Shown in pieces: positions 26,059 through 37,891 of a stretch of DNA of 64,000 bases. This DNA comes from Kudoa neothunni (taxonomy: Eukaryota; Animalia; Cnidaria): positions 9,747,250 to 9,811,249 of the forward strand of contig OZ199839.1 in the NCBI GenBank assembly GCA_964304625.1, given 5' to 3'. The notes beneath the pieces were generated by a model that searched no databases, was not told the origin of the DNA, and saw only the letters and a list, made by a program, of their open reading frames with translations. Position numbers and translations under genes: made by a program. How positions within the stretch are numbered: the stretch's first letter is position 1; every line of letters starts with the position of its first letter.

Positions 26059-27652
26059 TTAATTTTTTCGTTGACGAACAAAAAAAAGAATCTCAAGAAT
26101 GAGACTGTCAAAGTCATTTGACTTGGTAAACGAGTCCCCATTTTTTAAGTCGAAAATTTCATCTTCAAATTTAAGCTCCACATACGATTCATACAGTTCC
26201 TTCATATTGAGTTTGGCGTAAACATCTAGAATAGCTTTGCATTTTTCAGGGTCATCACAGGCGTAATTATCCTAAAAAATGTCATGCTAGCGTTAGGCTA
26301 CTTTGTATCTATTAATTACAACAAAAATATTGCGATATTCCTGTCGCGCAATTTCTAGAGTCTTTGCTGCAAACCATGTGCATTTACCATCGATAATATC
26401 GGTACTCGGATTTTCCTGTTACGTCACTGTCGCCATAGAGATCCAAATAGTCATCCTTAGACCGATAAAATTAGAACAACCTGAAACAAATCACTCCCCA
26501 CTTACTTGTATCTGAAAAAGCGCGCCAATTTCGATAAAATGCTTTTGTATAGAGTCAAAATGTTGAGTGGTGATTTCGTTGGTTGGCGCATTACTCTATT
26601 CAATTGGATTTTTATTCAACTAATTAATCAACCTAACTTTAGATACTAATAAAAATGCCAACTTCAATGGCAAAATAAAAGAATAATAAGTGGTTTTATA
26701 TTTGATAGTGTTCAAATAACTATAACAATGAACTCAATAATCACCTCACACATTAAAAAAAACACTAATTTTCTTGTTTCAAAAAATCTGATTAGCATTT
26801 ATCGTTAACATACTTTTCATATGTGAAATTAGAATAATTTTTATTTTTTGCTTGATCACAAAGCGTCATATCGTAATATTGACCCTGAGTAGTGTAAAAC
26901 GACATCTAGAACATAAATGTGGTTGATTTCTTGACAAATTCAAAACAACAAAATACGTGTCTAAATGTGCAGATAATCTCAGTCAATTTGGGGTGTTTCG
27001 ATAAAGTGGTTTCAAGAATCTCGTACAAACAACATTCCATCATGAAAGCATCGTTGATAGCCATTAAACCGATATTCTCCTTGAAATTGATTTTTATAAT
27101 GTGATATATACAAAATAGAATGTGATTACTAGTTTGTACCAACAGGGTTTGTTCCTTCGTAACGAGGATTGGTCCATCACATCATCCAATATCAAAAACA
27201 ACCCTTGCAACTAGAGTTGTTAAAAATTAAATACCAGGCAACACACTACCACAAAAACAATACAGCTTCAATACACCAAGCAGTCACCAAAACCTCGTCC
27301 AAAATATCCTCCAATTTCAAAGTATCATCCAGCATAGAGCAGCAGGCTTTTGTTAACGAATACGTTAAACTTCCACGTAGGTGTTTACCTTTAGTGATAC
27401 TTGTCAATTTACTAGAAATTAATCTGAAAAATGATACCATAAACCATATTATAGTCCAAGGTCTTTAATATAATCAGAAAATAAGTTGCATATAATGAAA
27501 ATTACGCGTTTTAAATGGGCTTGTAATTGTTGACCGATGTTGGTGTGTACTGGAATCTGTGGAATTTTTTCTTGAAAGCGTGCAAATGTGGTGTTAAAAA
27601 ATGCAATGTCTTTTTTGAATGCGCTGGGCAATGTAATTTCGGCAGAGTTCAT
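26059..27652 (-). CDS. FDPS: Farnesyl diphosphate synthase, 10 exons, one +1 frame break
   Basis: Spliced product contains [81 protein letters not shown] and ends RQRKN-stop. One extra base near 26407-26414. Confidence 0.9.
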
Positions 27653-28360
27653 TATAAACAGCTGGTACCAATGTAATTTGAAGGTCGGGTTTTGACGACT
27701 TTTAACGAGATAATATTCCACGTTGATTTAATATTTCTCACAGAGTCAATATTAAAACTTCAGAATGCGATACAATTCTGTTGTAATTTTATGAGAATAA
27801 TGTGGTTGAATATTAGCTTTTTATTGAACAATAAAGGGTATTTATATTGGTGCGGATTAATTTTGACATCTGGTGATTATCTAATATCACTTAAATCAAA
27901 TTCTATCTTCCATATACTTAAATATTAAAAACTAATTAAAATGTCTTTGTGTAGATATGATTTTTTTTCTTTATCTAATAAGATAAAAACTGGTATTATG
28001 ACGAAAAGTCAAGTTTTTAAATATACAGTAGATTAAAAATATTAATCTTTACGATGATAAAGGTTTTATAGGAAAATGAATATTATTTTCACTATTGTGC
28101 GACTATATTGATTTGTATTTAACGAATCTACTTATTGCACTTTATTTAAAATATTTTAGATTCCAATCACAATAAATTAATTCTATTGTAAAAAATATTA
28201 TTTTTTTATATAAAACAATAGTTCCCGATAGAGAATCGATAATAAAACAAGAATTCAAAGAAATATAACAATCATAAAATTAAAATATTGGGATAAATAT
28301 TGTGACTGAGAAAATAAATTTTTTATGATGGCTTACAAATTGAATAACTTTAATTTTATA

Positions 28361-29879
28361 CAGTAGGTAACCAATTTTCCTTAATCCCCTTGGGACCATG
28401 GGAAAGTTACTGAAAATGCCTCAGTAACGTATTTTCCGTAACTTTCTGCTCATGCGCAAATAAAAAGATTTGCCTATTTTAAAGCAATTAATTATATTTA
28501 TACATTCATCTCCTTTTATGGAAATAATATATTATTTTTATTTATATTTTTAAAGGCGAATGTCGTAATTTTATCATCTTAATTCATTATTTCGTCTAAA
28601 TAGTCAATTCCTCTCTGTCGTATATTTATTCTGCTTTTTTAAACATTTAAATACATCTTTTGATGATATAAATTCTGCAACTCCTAAATCTTTATTTTCA
28701 AAATTAGATGATTCAACAATCAAATGAGTAAGCTCGTCAAAATATTCTGATGTAGGCATAATGACTTCCTATTGAATAATCTCGGAATTTCCAGCTGAGA
28801 ATTCTTTATTGTTAAAATTAATATTTAATGAACGATCGTATTTATCGGCTGCAGGAAACTTATATTTTCTGAATCAGTTAAATACAATATCCTTTGAAAA
28901 ACCGTCCCATTATTTATAATTAGGAACAATGTTATAAGCGAATCTTGGTAGGATGTATTTATATCACTGCTAATTGCAGCAATATGGCTTTCTATTAAAT
29001 TATTTTTGTAATTTAATAGAAATGAGAAAATGATTCTATGGTCTAATAGGTGCAAAACGATAGTTGAATTTTTTTGTAAGGAATATAAGAAAGATATTTG
29101 TTAAATGTTTTATTCAGCATTCTTAAAATAACATGGTTTTTGTGATTTCCAATCGCAAGAGATGTAATGCAACCTCCAGGAGTAAATGCATGTCGCAAAC
29201 AGTAACTATTTTTTAGATTTTTTTTCTCGACAAAACATAGCATTAAAAATAATGGACCTCTTCGTTTCTACTAAAATAATGCAGCTTCGTCATGGTTATA
29301 GATACGGCCATCGTTATTACCTTTGACTTAGTCATTCAATTTAGATTACCAATTTTCTACAAAACTTTAGTCTACATAAATAGCATCGCCATGGGCAGTG
29401 ACATTTTTTAATTAAATCGTGATTTAAAACCAAAAAATCAATCATGGGTCATCACTACGTTAAGGTTCAATTCTTTTGTCGATTGGTTTCTTTCATGTAT
29501 GATATCGATATCATGAGCAGATAATTCAATTTTTTTATCTCAAGTAATTCACCCAGTCATATACTAAAGTATCGATGTCGTGATTTGAACACTGTCTAAA
29601 ATATTTTCTGTCCGAAGAAACTAATCCAGTTTATAAGATAAAACTATATCTATCTTCCTAATCAAGATGATATCTAGGGTAGAAATAGAAAGAAGCTTAA
29701 ATTTACTAAAAGTAGTATTTTTGCACTATTGTTTAGAATACTTTTAAAAAAATCAATATATTTATATTTTGGTTTTATTATTTCCTCATTTATAACTTTT
29801 CAGGCATTATAAATGTACAAAAGGCACCCCACTAAATCCGCCTAGAGTTGAAAAGTTATGGAAAATCGGTTACCTACTG
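28361..29879 (-). mobile_element. Decayed pogo-like element with TIRs
   Basis: TIR CAGTAGGTAACCRATTTTCC at both ends with TA target duplication. Minus-strand remnants IYNHDEA and TPGGCITSL. Confidence 0.8.
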
Positions 29880-31041
29880 TATGGTTTAATTTTGAAATCC
29901 GTTGATCGGTTTTTGCCGCGAACCTTGATATTCTAATATTGAGTTTAATAGGTTCTAAACAACGAGAATTATTTTAATTAGATTTGAAAAAACTTTTTTG
30001 TCTATTTAGTGATGATAAAATTAGTCCGGTTATCATTTTTATTATAAAACATAAATGCAAATATTAGATATACTTTATGAGTTATCACTTAAAAACTAAT
30101 TTTAAAATTAACGTGAGATTAATATAAAATATTTAAAATTCTAATTTTCTATATTATTTCTATATCCAAAAATTTTATTTATATATATTTTAAACTTGTG
30201 GTCGTAACTGTATATAATGTGGTAGAATATAGCGATAATTTGATTTAGACATATATTAAAGACCTTAAGAATATTTTGAATTCTTTTTCTGTATTAAAAA
30301 TTAATTTTAAAAAATGTTTGTAATGACTAAAAACGACCAAATATAAACTTTAGATCTTTATAATGTGATTTTATTAATTTAGAAGGAATTAGAAGAGTAA
30401 ATATTGAGAAATTTAATTCATGTGACAAAAACATCAGTTATAATTTTCCTGGGAAAATTTGTGGGTTAGTTAACGTTAGAAAAAATATTGTTGGATAAGC
30501 AAAAAAATTGCTAATTTCGATATTACTAATTATGATAGAAAAAGAGTTTCTTTTAAAAGTATATAGAAATTTATTATTAATTATATAAATTGGTTTCTAT
30601 GGCGATTCATCAAGGTGAGCTATTTCCAGGTTACGCTAATGTGGAAAAAGTTGCGCTTCATTTCTACAGAATCTGAATTAACAAATTTGTTGGTAAGTAC
30701 ATATTATAATTATGGTTTTTAAGAAATATGTAATCTTATTTTTAAAAATACTACGGGGAAGTAGCCAGCGTTGACATTTCATCTATTGACGAATGGATGC
30801 AACGGAATCTTCATATTATACAAATATTTCTTGATTTCATAATAAATAATAAATAATGATGCTGCAAATCTATTACTTACTTTCAAAGTCACAAACCTTC
30901 TTTTGTTTTAAAAAAAGGAAAATTGATGTTCGAGATTAAAAACAGCCAAATATCTAGTTATTTTTAGTATCCGTTTCACTGAATAGATAAAAGCTTCTGT
31001 TTTCTGTAATTAGAAAGTTTATAAATCCAAAGGTATTTTAA

Positions 31042-33927
31042 CCCTCCCTGTCCGTACTGGGTTGGCATGGACACCAAAACCGACTAATTTGAATCTAGTT
31101 TTGGACATAAGAATTTAAACCATCCCTAACTATCGCAATTCTCCTAAAAATTTAAGAAACTTTGATCGACATTAAAACATTACATTTAACAAATTATAAT
31201 GGGAAATTTTAAGAATTTTTGGGCCTTTACAGACAAAAGCAAGTTACGATTTTTAGGAAAACACATATGTACCGAGTAAACATATTTTTCTCCACTAATA
31301 GAAGATTTAAAGATTTAAGATATAATATTTAATTGAGTAAATGATGATTCTTGGCATATCATAGAATTTAGCCGCGGATTACCAAGTCATAATCCAAAAA
31401 TAATTTATATAATTTTTTGATTTAATATTCGATATTATAAGCTTGTCACTAAAAGTAAAAAAATATTTCCTCTGTTAAACTTTTAATTTCAATGTTTTTT
31501 AGGAGAATAAATAATGTAATTTAAATATAGTGGAATTTTCGGTCGTTTCATTTAACTTTAGGCACGGGCTATTCTAGGTAATAAATATCTCCTAGAATAG
31601 CTAAGATTTTATAAAACCAATTTCATTAATGTGTAAGTTATTTTTATTTCCACGAAAAAAAAATTCATAAAAATATCTTTTTGTTAAAATTCACTGGTGA
31701 GTATGATCTTTTAATCAACCTGTACTTATCGAATTCACTTGAAATTCATTTATTCGAAAACACACCAGCGGTAACATATGTTTTAAGGGATAAAAATGAC
31801 AAATTCAATAATACTGATAAGTTCAGGGGTTTTAGTCGTGAACTACATGCACCATTCGTTTTTAATGATACAAAGTTTTTCATTTTTAAAGAAATTTTTG
31901 AATTTATTTCTTAGTTTTCATTTAAAATTGATATATTTTATGTATAATAAATTTAGAAGAAATATTTACATTTTCTAATGCTCGTATTTTGAGAGTAGGT
32001 GATCATTTTTTTTCTAACTATGAGGTTTTTGTTTAAAGTTTAATGTATAAAATTTAAAAATAACTCTATTTCTTAAACCAAACTTTGTTGAAACTGAATT
32101 CGTAAAGGCTTGTTCTGTATCAACCACAGTAATGTATAATGAAAGAAATTTATAGCCATTGATAATAAACGCATAGAATTGATAAAAAAATGGTGAAAAT
32201 AAAAAATCCCATATGCTTTGAATATTAACGTTATTATCAATAGCGTATAGCGGAAATTTATGAGATCCCGCCCATAAGGAATCACAAATCAATAAGTTGT
32301 CATAGAAAATCATGGAAGGAAATAAAATCTCAATTTAATAGTAATAATTCACTCATCTACAAAAATTTTGCGTATAGTTTCTTTTGGGGTAAGATTGCTA
32401 TCCAAATATATTAAATTTATTAATTTTTGATAAGAATTTTTAATCCAAATAATAGATTTTGAAATAAGATTGAAAAGTATATTATTATGTGTAAGCAATA
32501 TAAATTTGAATTAACCTCAGCATCTTAAATTCCCAAATACAACCCTGCCAAAACAATTTTCGAATGTCAAACATAATAAATTGTAAAATAATGCCCATTT
32601 GGATATTTAATAGAGCAGAGAAGTCTAACCATCATCCTTTGGTTTAAATTTTCCATCAGAATTCAATGTATTAGGCCGAAGGTCATAGAACAAAAATTAA
32701 TGAACTTCCAAAAGACAAATTAAATTACGTCCGAAAAATTAAAAATATGTTTATTATTATTCATGTATAAATTAGTTTATAAATAGCCTCGTAAAATATT
32801 AAATATATATTTGTCATTGGATGATCTGTGAGATGCAGTAGCTATATACATATTTCAATACATTTCACGAAAGAAATATATAATTTTAAATAAAGCTAAC
32901 CAGATTCATAACGTTTACTTTTATGTAATCAACTATCCAGAGCATCGTACCTGTTATGTCTATGTAAACGCAGACGAAATCGTGCACAACTCAAATTTAA
33001 CGAACACGTAGAGTATGAATGAAGCATTTTACCACAAAATAAAGGCCCCACTAAGTGTTATTTGGACAAATTGGTGTATACATAAGCAAATTTAATGAAC
33101 CAACTACGATATAACGATCAAGCTCATCGGTGAATTTTAACAAAAAGCTTTCTATATAAAATTTTATTTTCAAGGAAATAAAAATAACTTACACATTAAT
33201 GAAATTGGTTGTATAAAATCTTAGCTATTCTATGAGATATTCTTTATCGTAAGAATAGCCACTTCCATAACTTTATAATTATGGAATCTACTTTTGATAC
33301 TATTAAATTTATAATATAAATTCTTTTATAAAAGAAATACATAGAAAATTAGAGTTTATAACAGAAATAACACGACATATCTAATTTTTTCAAATAACGA
33401 CATATGTCTGACAAAAAAGTATGTATAAATCAAATTTCCAGAGTTAATTTGAACGTTGCCTTTTATATATAATTTAAAAATTACGTTAAATTATTCATTA
33501 AAGCGAAGACACCTTTATTTAATTTAATCCGAAGATTGTTAATTTCTTCTATCCGGTTGTATACAATGACCCTGCCGCTGTTGCTGCCCGCTCGGATCAT
33601 TTTGATTTTCCATTTCCTATTTTAAAGTGAGTTTCATTTTCCAAATTACTTTTTTTCTGATGAAATATGTTAAATTTTAATTTTTATATCATGAAAATCT
33701 TCCTTAATGTTAAATAGCCGATATTGGTGCATTATGGGACTCTGTTTTGTTGCCGACTAAAGCTTCATAATTAATTTAATTTCCTACTCAGAACATCTTA
33801 CAAAATGGTTTAAAAATTGTTTAAAGAATGACAAGAAGAAATTAAAGACCATTGATATAATTTTTTCTGGAGTCCGGGCGGACCACATCTGAACACGCGT
33901 GATTTTTTCCGCGTAGTACAGGGAGGT
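31042..33927. mobile_element. Non-autonomous piggyBac element
   Basis: Ends TTAA-CCCTCCCTGT and ACAGGGAGGT-TTAA. The right end resembles that of the piggyBac ending at 55137. Confidence 0.75.
31561..33266 (-). mobile_element. Decayed Mutator-like element (MULE)
   Basis: ~100-bp TIRs starting GG and a 9-bp TSD TTAACTTTA/ATAACTTTA. Minus-strand remnants LNSDGKFK and ITVVDTEQAFTNSVSTKF match MULE DDE motifs. Confidence 0.8.
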
Positions 33928-35613
33928 TTAAAAGCGTTAGAAAGCTTCCTACTGAATATTATTCTATACAAAATTTCTGGATGGAATTATGAGTTATTTA
34001 TAAAACCATGAAGAAATGGAATAGTAAGCTTGAACCGTAGAAAATGAAGGTTCTTATCTTGTCGTATCAACTGTTTGCTCATCGAAAAATTTACACTGCT
34101 CTCCACAAGTAAAATATTTATTCTTCCCAAAAATCCTAAATGTCGTATTCGATCTTTGGAATTTGGAATAATATATTTGTTTAAATTCTGCCCTCGAAAT
34201 ATAGTTTACCAAACTTTTCAACATACGAAGATTGCGACGAACCAAAATATACATTAGTAGATTGTGTTAGAACCCATGATAAAGCATTTGGGTAAAGCTT
34301 CTCTTTAGCCATAATGAATTGTTTTAATAACTAAAAATTTTCAATAAATGTATGTATTCTATTAATTTTTTAAATTTAATTATTTAAATAAATCAAATTA
34401 CAAAATATTAGACGTGGCGTAAATATTACTCAGGAAATTCTGAAAATTTAACAAAAATTTTATTTTTAAATTGCAATCATCCTTTTAATAGTTTTCATGA
34501 ATGGCCGAGAAAAAATTGGATCGTCATTAAATAAATCATATTGGATTTTATAGAATATATATTCTTGCGTTATTCATGTAATTAAAAAAATATTTATTTT
34601 ACTTTAAAATTATAAAAATTAAGAATAATTACACTTTAAGTTAACTAAAAGTTATATGAATTATTACATTCGATTTCAATTTACAGTCGAGTATGTAATC
34701 GAAATTAATTATTCCTTTATATAAATGAATTAAAATAATTTGTTTAAATAAGCGTGAATATATATAATTTTTTATAATAGCACAAATAAAATACAAATTT
34801 CTATTCCGCGCGCATATATTAGGTTATTTTTAGATTTTCTTTGCATAGCGAAATTTAGCCGTAATGATGAAGGTTTGAATTAAATTTATTTGTATATTTA
34901 ATATTATATGACACATTATAAATAAGATAGTATTTATAACCATGCTCTTAATATTAGACTAAAATGAGACTATATTTATATTGAATGCTTTTAATATTAG
35001 ATGAAATTAAAAAATGCATATAATTGCAAACACGAGTGTAAGAATGTAATATCAAATGTTTAATGTATAAAATTTATGTATTCACGTTAATAATAAATGA
35101 TTATAACAAATATAAATTTATTAATATATGCGAGTTAAATACGCTATTTCCCTTTCGAAATTAATATCATGTCAAATTTATGCATTGTTTAATTCATAAA
35201 AACTTCATCAATATATAATAACATTTTTAATAAATAAACATTCATTTAATAATTATCTGGATTATATTATTATCGTTATTAACTACGTAAATTAAGGAAT
35301 GTTTATTTTTATTACTTCAATAGATTTAATTTATATTTAGACAAAGCATGTCTAAATGTTATTTTTTTCAAGATTGTTTATGCATTGAAAAGCGGCTAAG
35401 TTAGTAAACAAAAATACCCTCTAAATAAATGCGCAATTTGAATAAATAATAATTCGATTCTCTTCCTTTAAATGGGACCAAACTTATGATTTTGTTTAAA
35501 CACAATGATACGATTCCATAAGCAAAACCTCGCGAACCCCACCATTCTCTCATAATTATTTTTAATTTCACGCAACTTTTGAATGAACTATCCACCTTCT
35601 TAAGACTTATCAG

Positions 35614-36195
35614 ATGGATCCGTCGGAAACCCCTTCAAAACATGGCACCTACACTATCTCACTTAAAGTTGATCACTACTTACCTGAGGAAATTACCTTT
35701 CATGTGAAAAGACACACTCTCACTGTCACAGGTCTCCATAGCACAGAGACCAAATATTTCTATGAAAAAAATGAATTTGCCCGACGATTTAAACTTCCTA
35801 AAGAAGTGATTATTGACACTTTACGGTACGAGTTTTCAAAAGACGGGGTTCTTAAAATTGAGGCGGACAAAAATCCCACAGTTCGAATTCCTTTCCAAGA
35901 CAAATCCGATGCTGAACGCCTTCAACTTATTTTCGATATTCAAGGTTATAAAATGGACGAAGTGAAAGTGTCACATCAGGGAAGCATCCTATTGATTCAA
36001 GGATCTATGTGTGAACGAAAATATGACCAACAAGGTAAAAGCTTCAAAAAAATAATTGCGCTTTATCCAGATGTTGACCTAAATACTTTAAAATGCAAAC
36101 GAACCAGTGATGAGTTTCTAAATATTTCTGCTGCTAGGAACGTTCACGTTATAGAAAAAGCAGCCAAAATTGTCCCAATCCATTGGTCACAATAA
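35614..36195 (+). CDS. Divergent two-ACD small heat shock protein (sHSP-3) lacking the N-terminal arm
   Basis: 193 aa. ETKY, EFARRFKLP, SKDGVLKIEA and the linker PFQDKSD are shared with sHSP-1/2. Confidence 0.85.
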   Translation: MDPSETPSKHGTYTISLKVDHYLPEEITFHVKRHTLTVTGLHSTETKYFYEKNEFARRFKLPKEVIIDTLRYEFSKDGVLKIEADKNPTVRIPFQDKSDAERLQLIFDIQGYKMDEVKVSHQGSILLIQGSMCERKYDQQGKSFKKIIALYPDVDLNTLKCKRTSDEFLNISAARNVHVIEKAAKIVPIHWSQ

Positions 36196-36511
36196 AAATT
36201 CCCCCTATTTTATATTTGTTTCTTATCCCTCGTTTTATGCGTGAAAAAATATAAAATTAGTTTTTTCATAAATTACTTTGTTAAAAGTTTGGTTTATGAG
36301 TGTTAGTCAAATAAAATTCCGAATATAAAGCTGATCTAGAACATGAGCTACAATTCTAAGAATGTATCATTTTTAAATAAAGATTAAAGTTGTGAAAATT
36401 TTAACAATTTTTAATTTTAAATAACTTTTTTTAAGATTTAGAGGTATCAAATAAATGCAGCTTCAAATTCAAAAGTAATGCGCGAGTCGTTTTAATCCTT
36501 ATAAACTGCCA

Positions 36512-36897
36512 ATGGGGGCTTCAAATACCAAACCATTTGATTCTGAAAGCTTTGGTCCTCTTCCTTCCTATCTTGATGAATGCATTGGGGATAATAAAGT
36601 TGCGATGTTTGGTTCCTACAGTTGTAGATATTGCCGACTTGCATGCAAACTGTTTCATATTCGAGATATTCCTTTCAAAATGATAAGCACGTCAGATGGA
36701 AAAACTTATCTTGAACTATACAAATACACAAAATCTATTGAGGTGAACCTAGATTAATTTAAAGAAAATTCTAATCGAATTTTTATTACGATTAGGTACC
36801 CCAAATTTTTATCGAGAAAAAGTACATTGGTGGATATCAACAACTGAAGGAATGGGATTATGATGGAAAAAATGGCTCAATATTCAAATTATTATAG
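36512..36897 (+). CDS. Dithiol glutaredoxin, 2 exons, possible N-myristoylation
   Basis: CRYC active site. A phase-0 intron at 36743-36795 joins to VPQIFIEKKYIGGY. MGASNT fits MGxxx(S/T). Confidence 0.85.
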
Positions 36898-37891
36898 ACC
36901 AACTCCAACCACAGAGCCAGCCTAGTTGTTGTGCTATTTTAATAATAATCTGAAAGATATTTAATACATTTTTCTATATTTCATGCCAAAAATGTGTTGT
37001 TCTTTTATGTAGTTTTGTAACTGCTGCTTATTTTTAAATTTTAAATAAAGATAAATCACTCTTTTATAGTTCGGATTATTTTTAGGTTCAATAAATTAAT
37101 ATTCGATCTAAGCAAAATAAATTTAGTTGGTATCATTTTCGGGCATGTGTTCTTAGTTCTAATCGTTTATTTAAAAAATTTATTCGGATATAGAAATATA
37201 CTATTTTATTTAATGTATTTCTAGTTATTTTACTAATTTTTTTAATTATGGCTTTTATAAAAAAAATATTTTGTTTTAACCAAATTTATAATAGCATAAT
37301 TTAAATCAATTGATAACAGTGCGTCATTATGCTAGGTTCATGTTTAAATGGAAAGTAAGATTAGCTCCTTTGTATTTTTAAGTGAAAAATTTTCTATCTA
37401 GAAAAACCACACACTCGAAATATGATTTTGAATACATTTCGTAGATATAAATATTTTCATTAAATTGATATGTGACTTAAAAAGTAATTAAATGTTTTTT
37501 GAATTATGTCCACCAATTTATATCGGAAACAAGTTTCTGTTGTCCGAATCAAACTCGTTTATCCTTTCCTAGCAGTTACTTAATGTAATAATTCAATTAG
37601 CTTAATTCGAAGTCTTCCTTCGTTGAATTACCACCTATGGGTAAAAATCCAAATGATAATTTTCATCTAATATTATTCAAACGTAAATGTTTCGTATAGG
37701 ATTATATAAAACGCGTTCTGAAGTAGTATTGCAATGATTATAAAATCCTAATAACTTAAATAACTAAAAATAATCCGATTAATCTAATAATTTTTAGAGA
37801 GTATTATTTCTTTCATGAATAGTTATTGTTTATTGATATTGTAAAAAATATAATCAGATATATATTCTATATGATATAATTGAAGACAAAC

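Larger units (their letters stand above)
30400..34000 (+). mobile_element. Tigger-like transposase remnant interrupted by a piggyBac
   Basis: YGEVASVDISSIDEWM near 30755. Sequence across the piggyBac TTAA site rejoins as approximately PRYFKSVRKLPTEYYSIQNFWM. Boundaries approximate. Confidence 0.55.

Noticed and set aside
26416-26422. 7-nt GTAACAG mini-intron that would fix the FDPS frame
   Set aside because: Too short to splice, and it would delete the conserved TGK.
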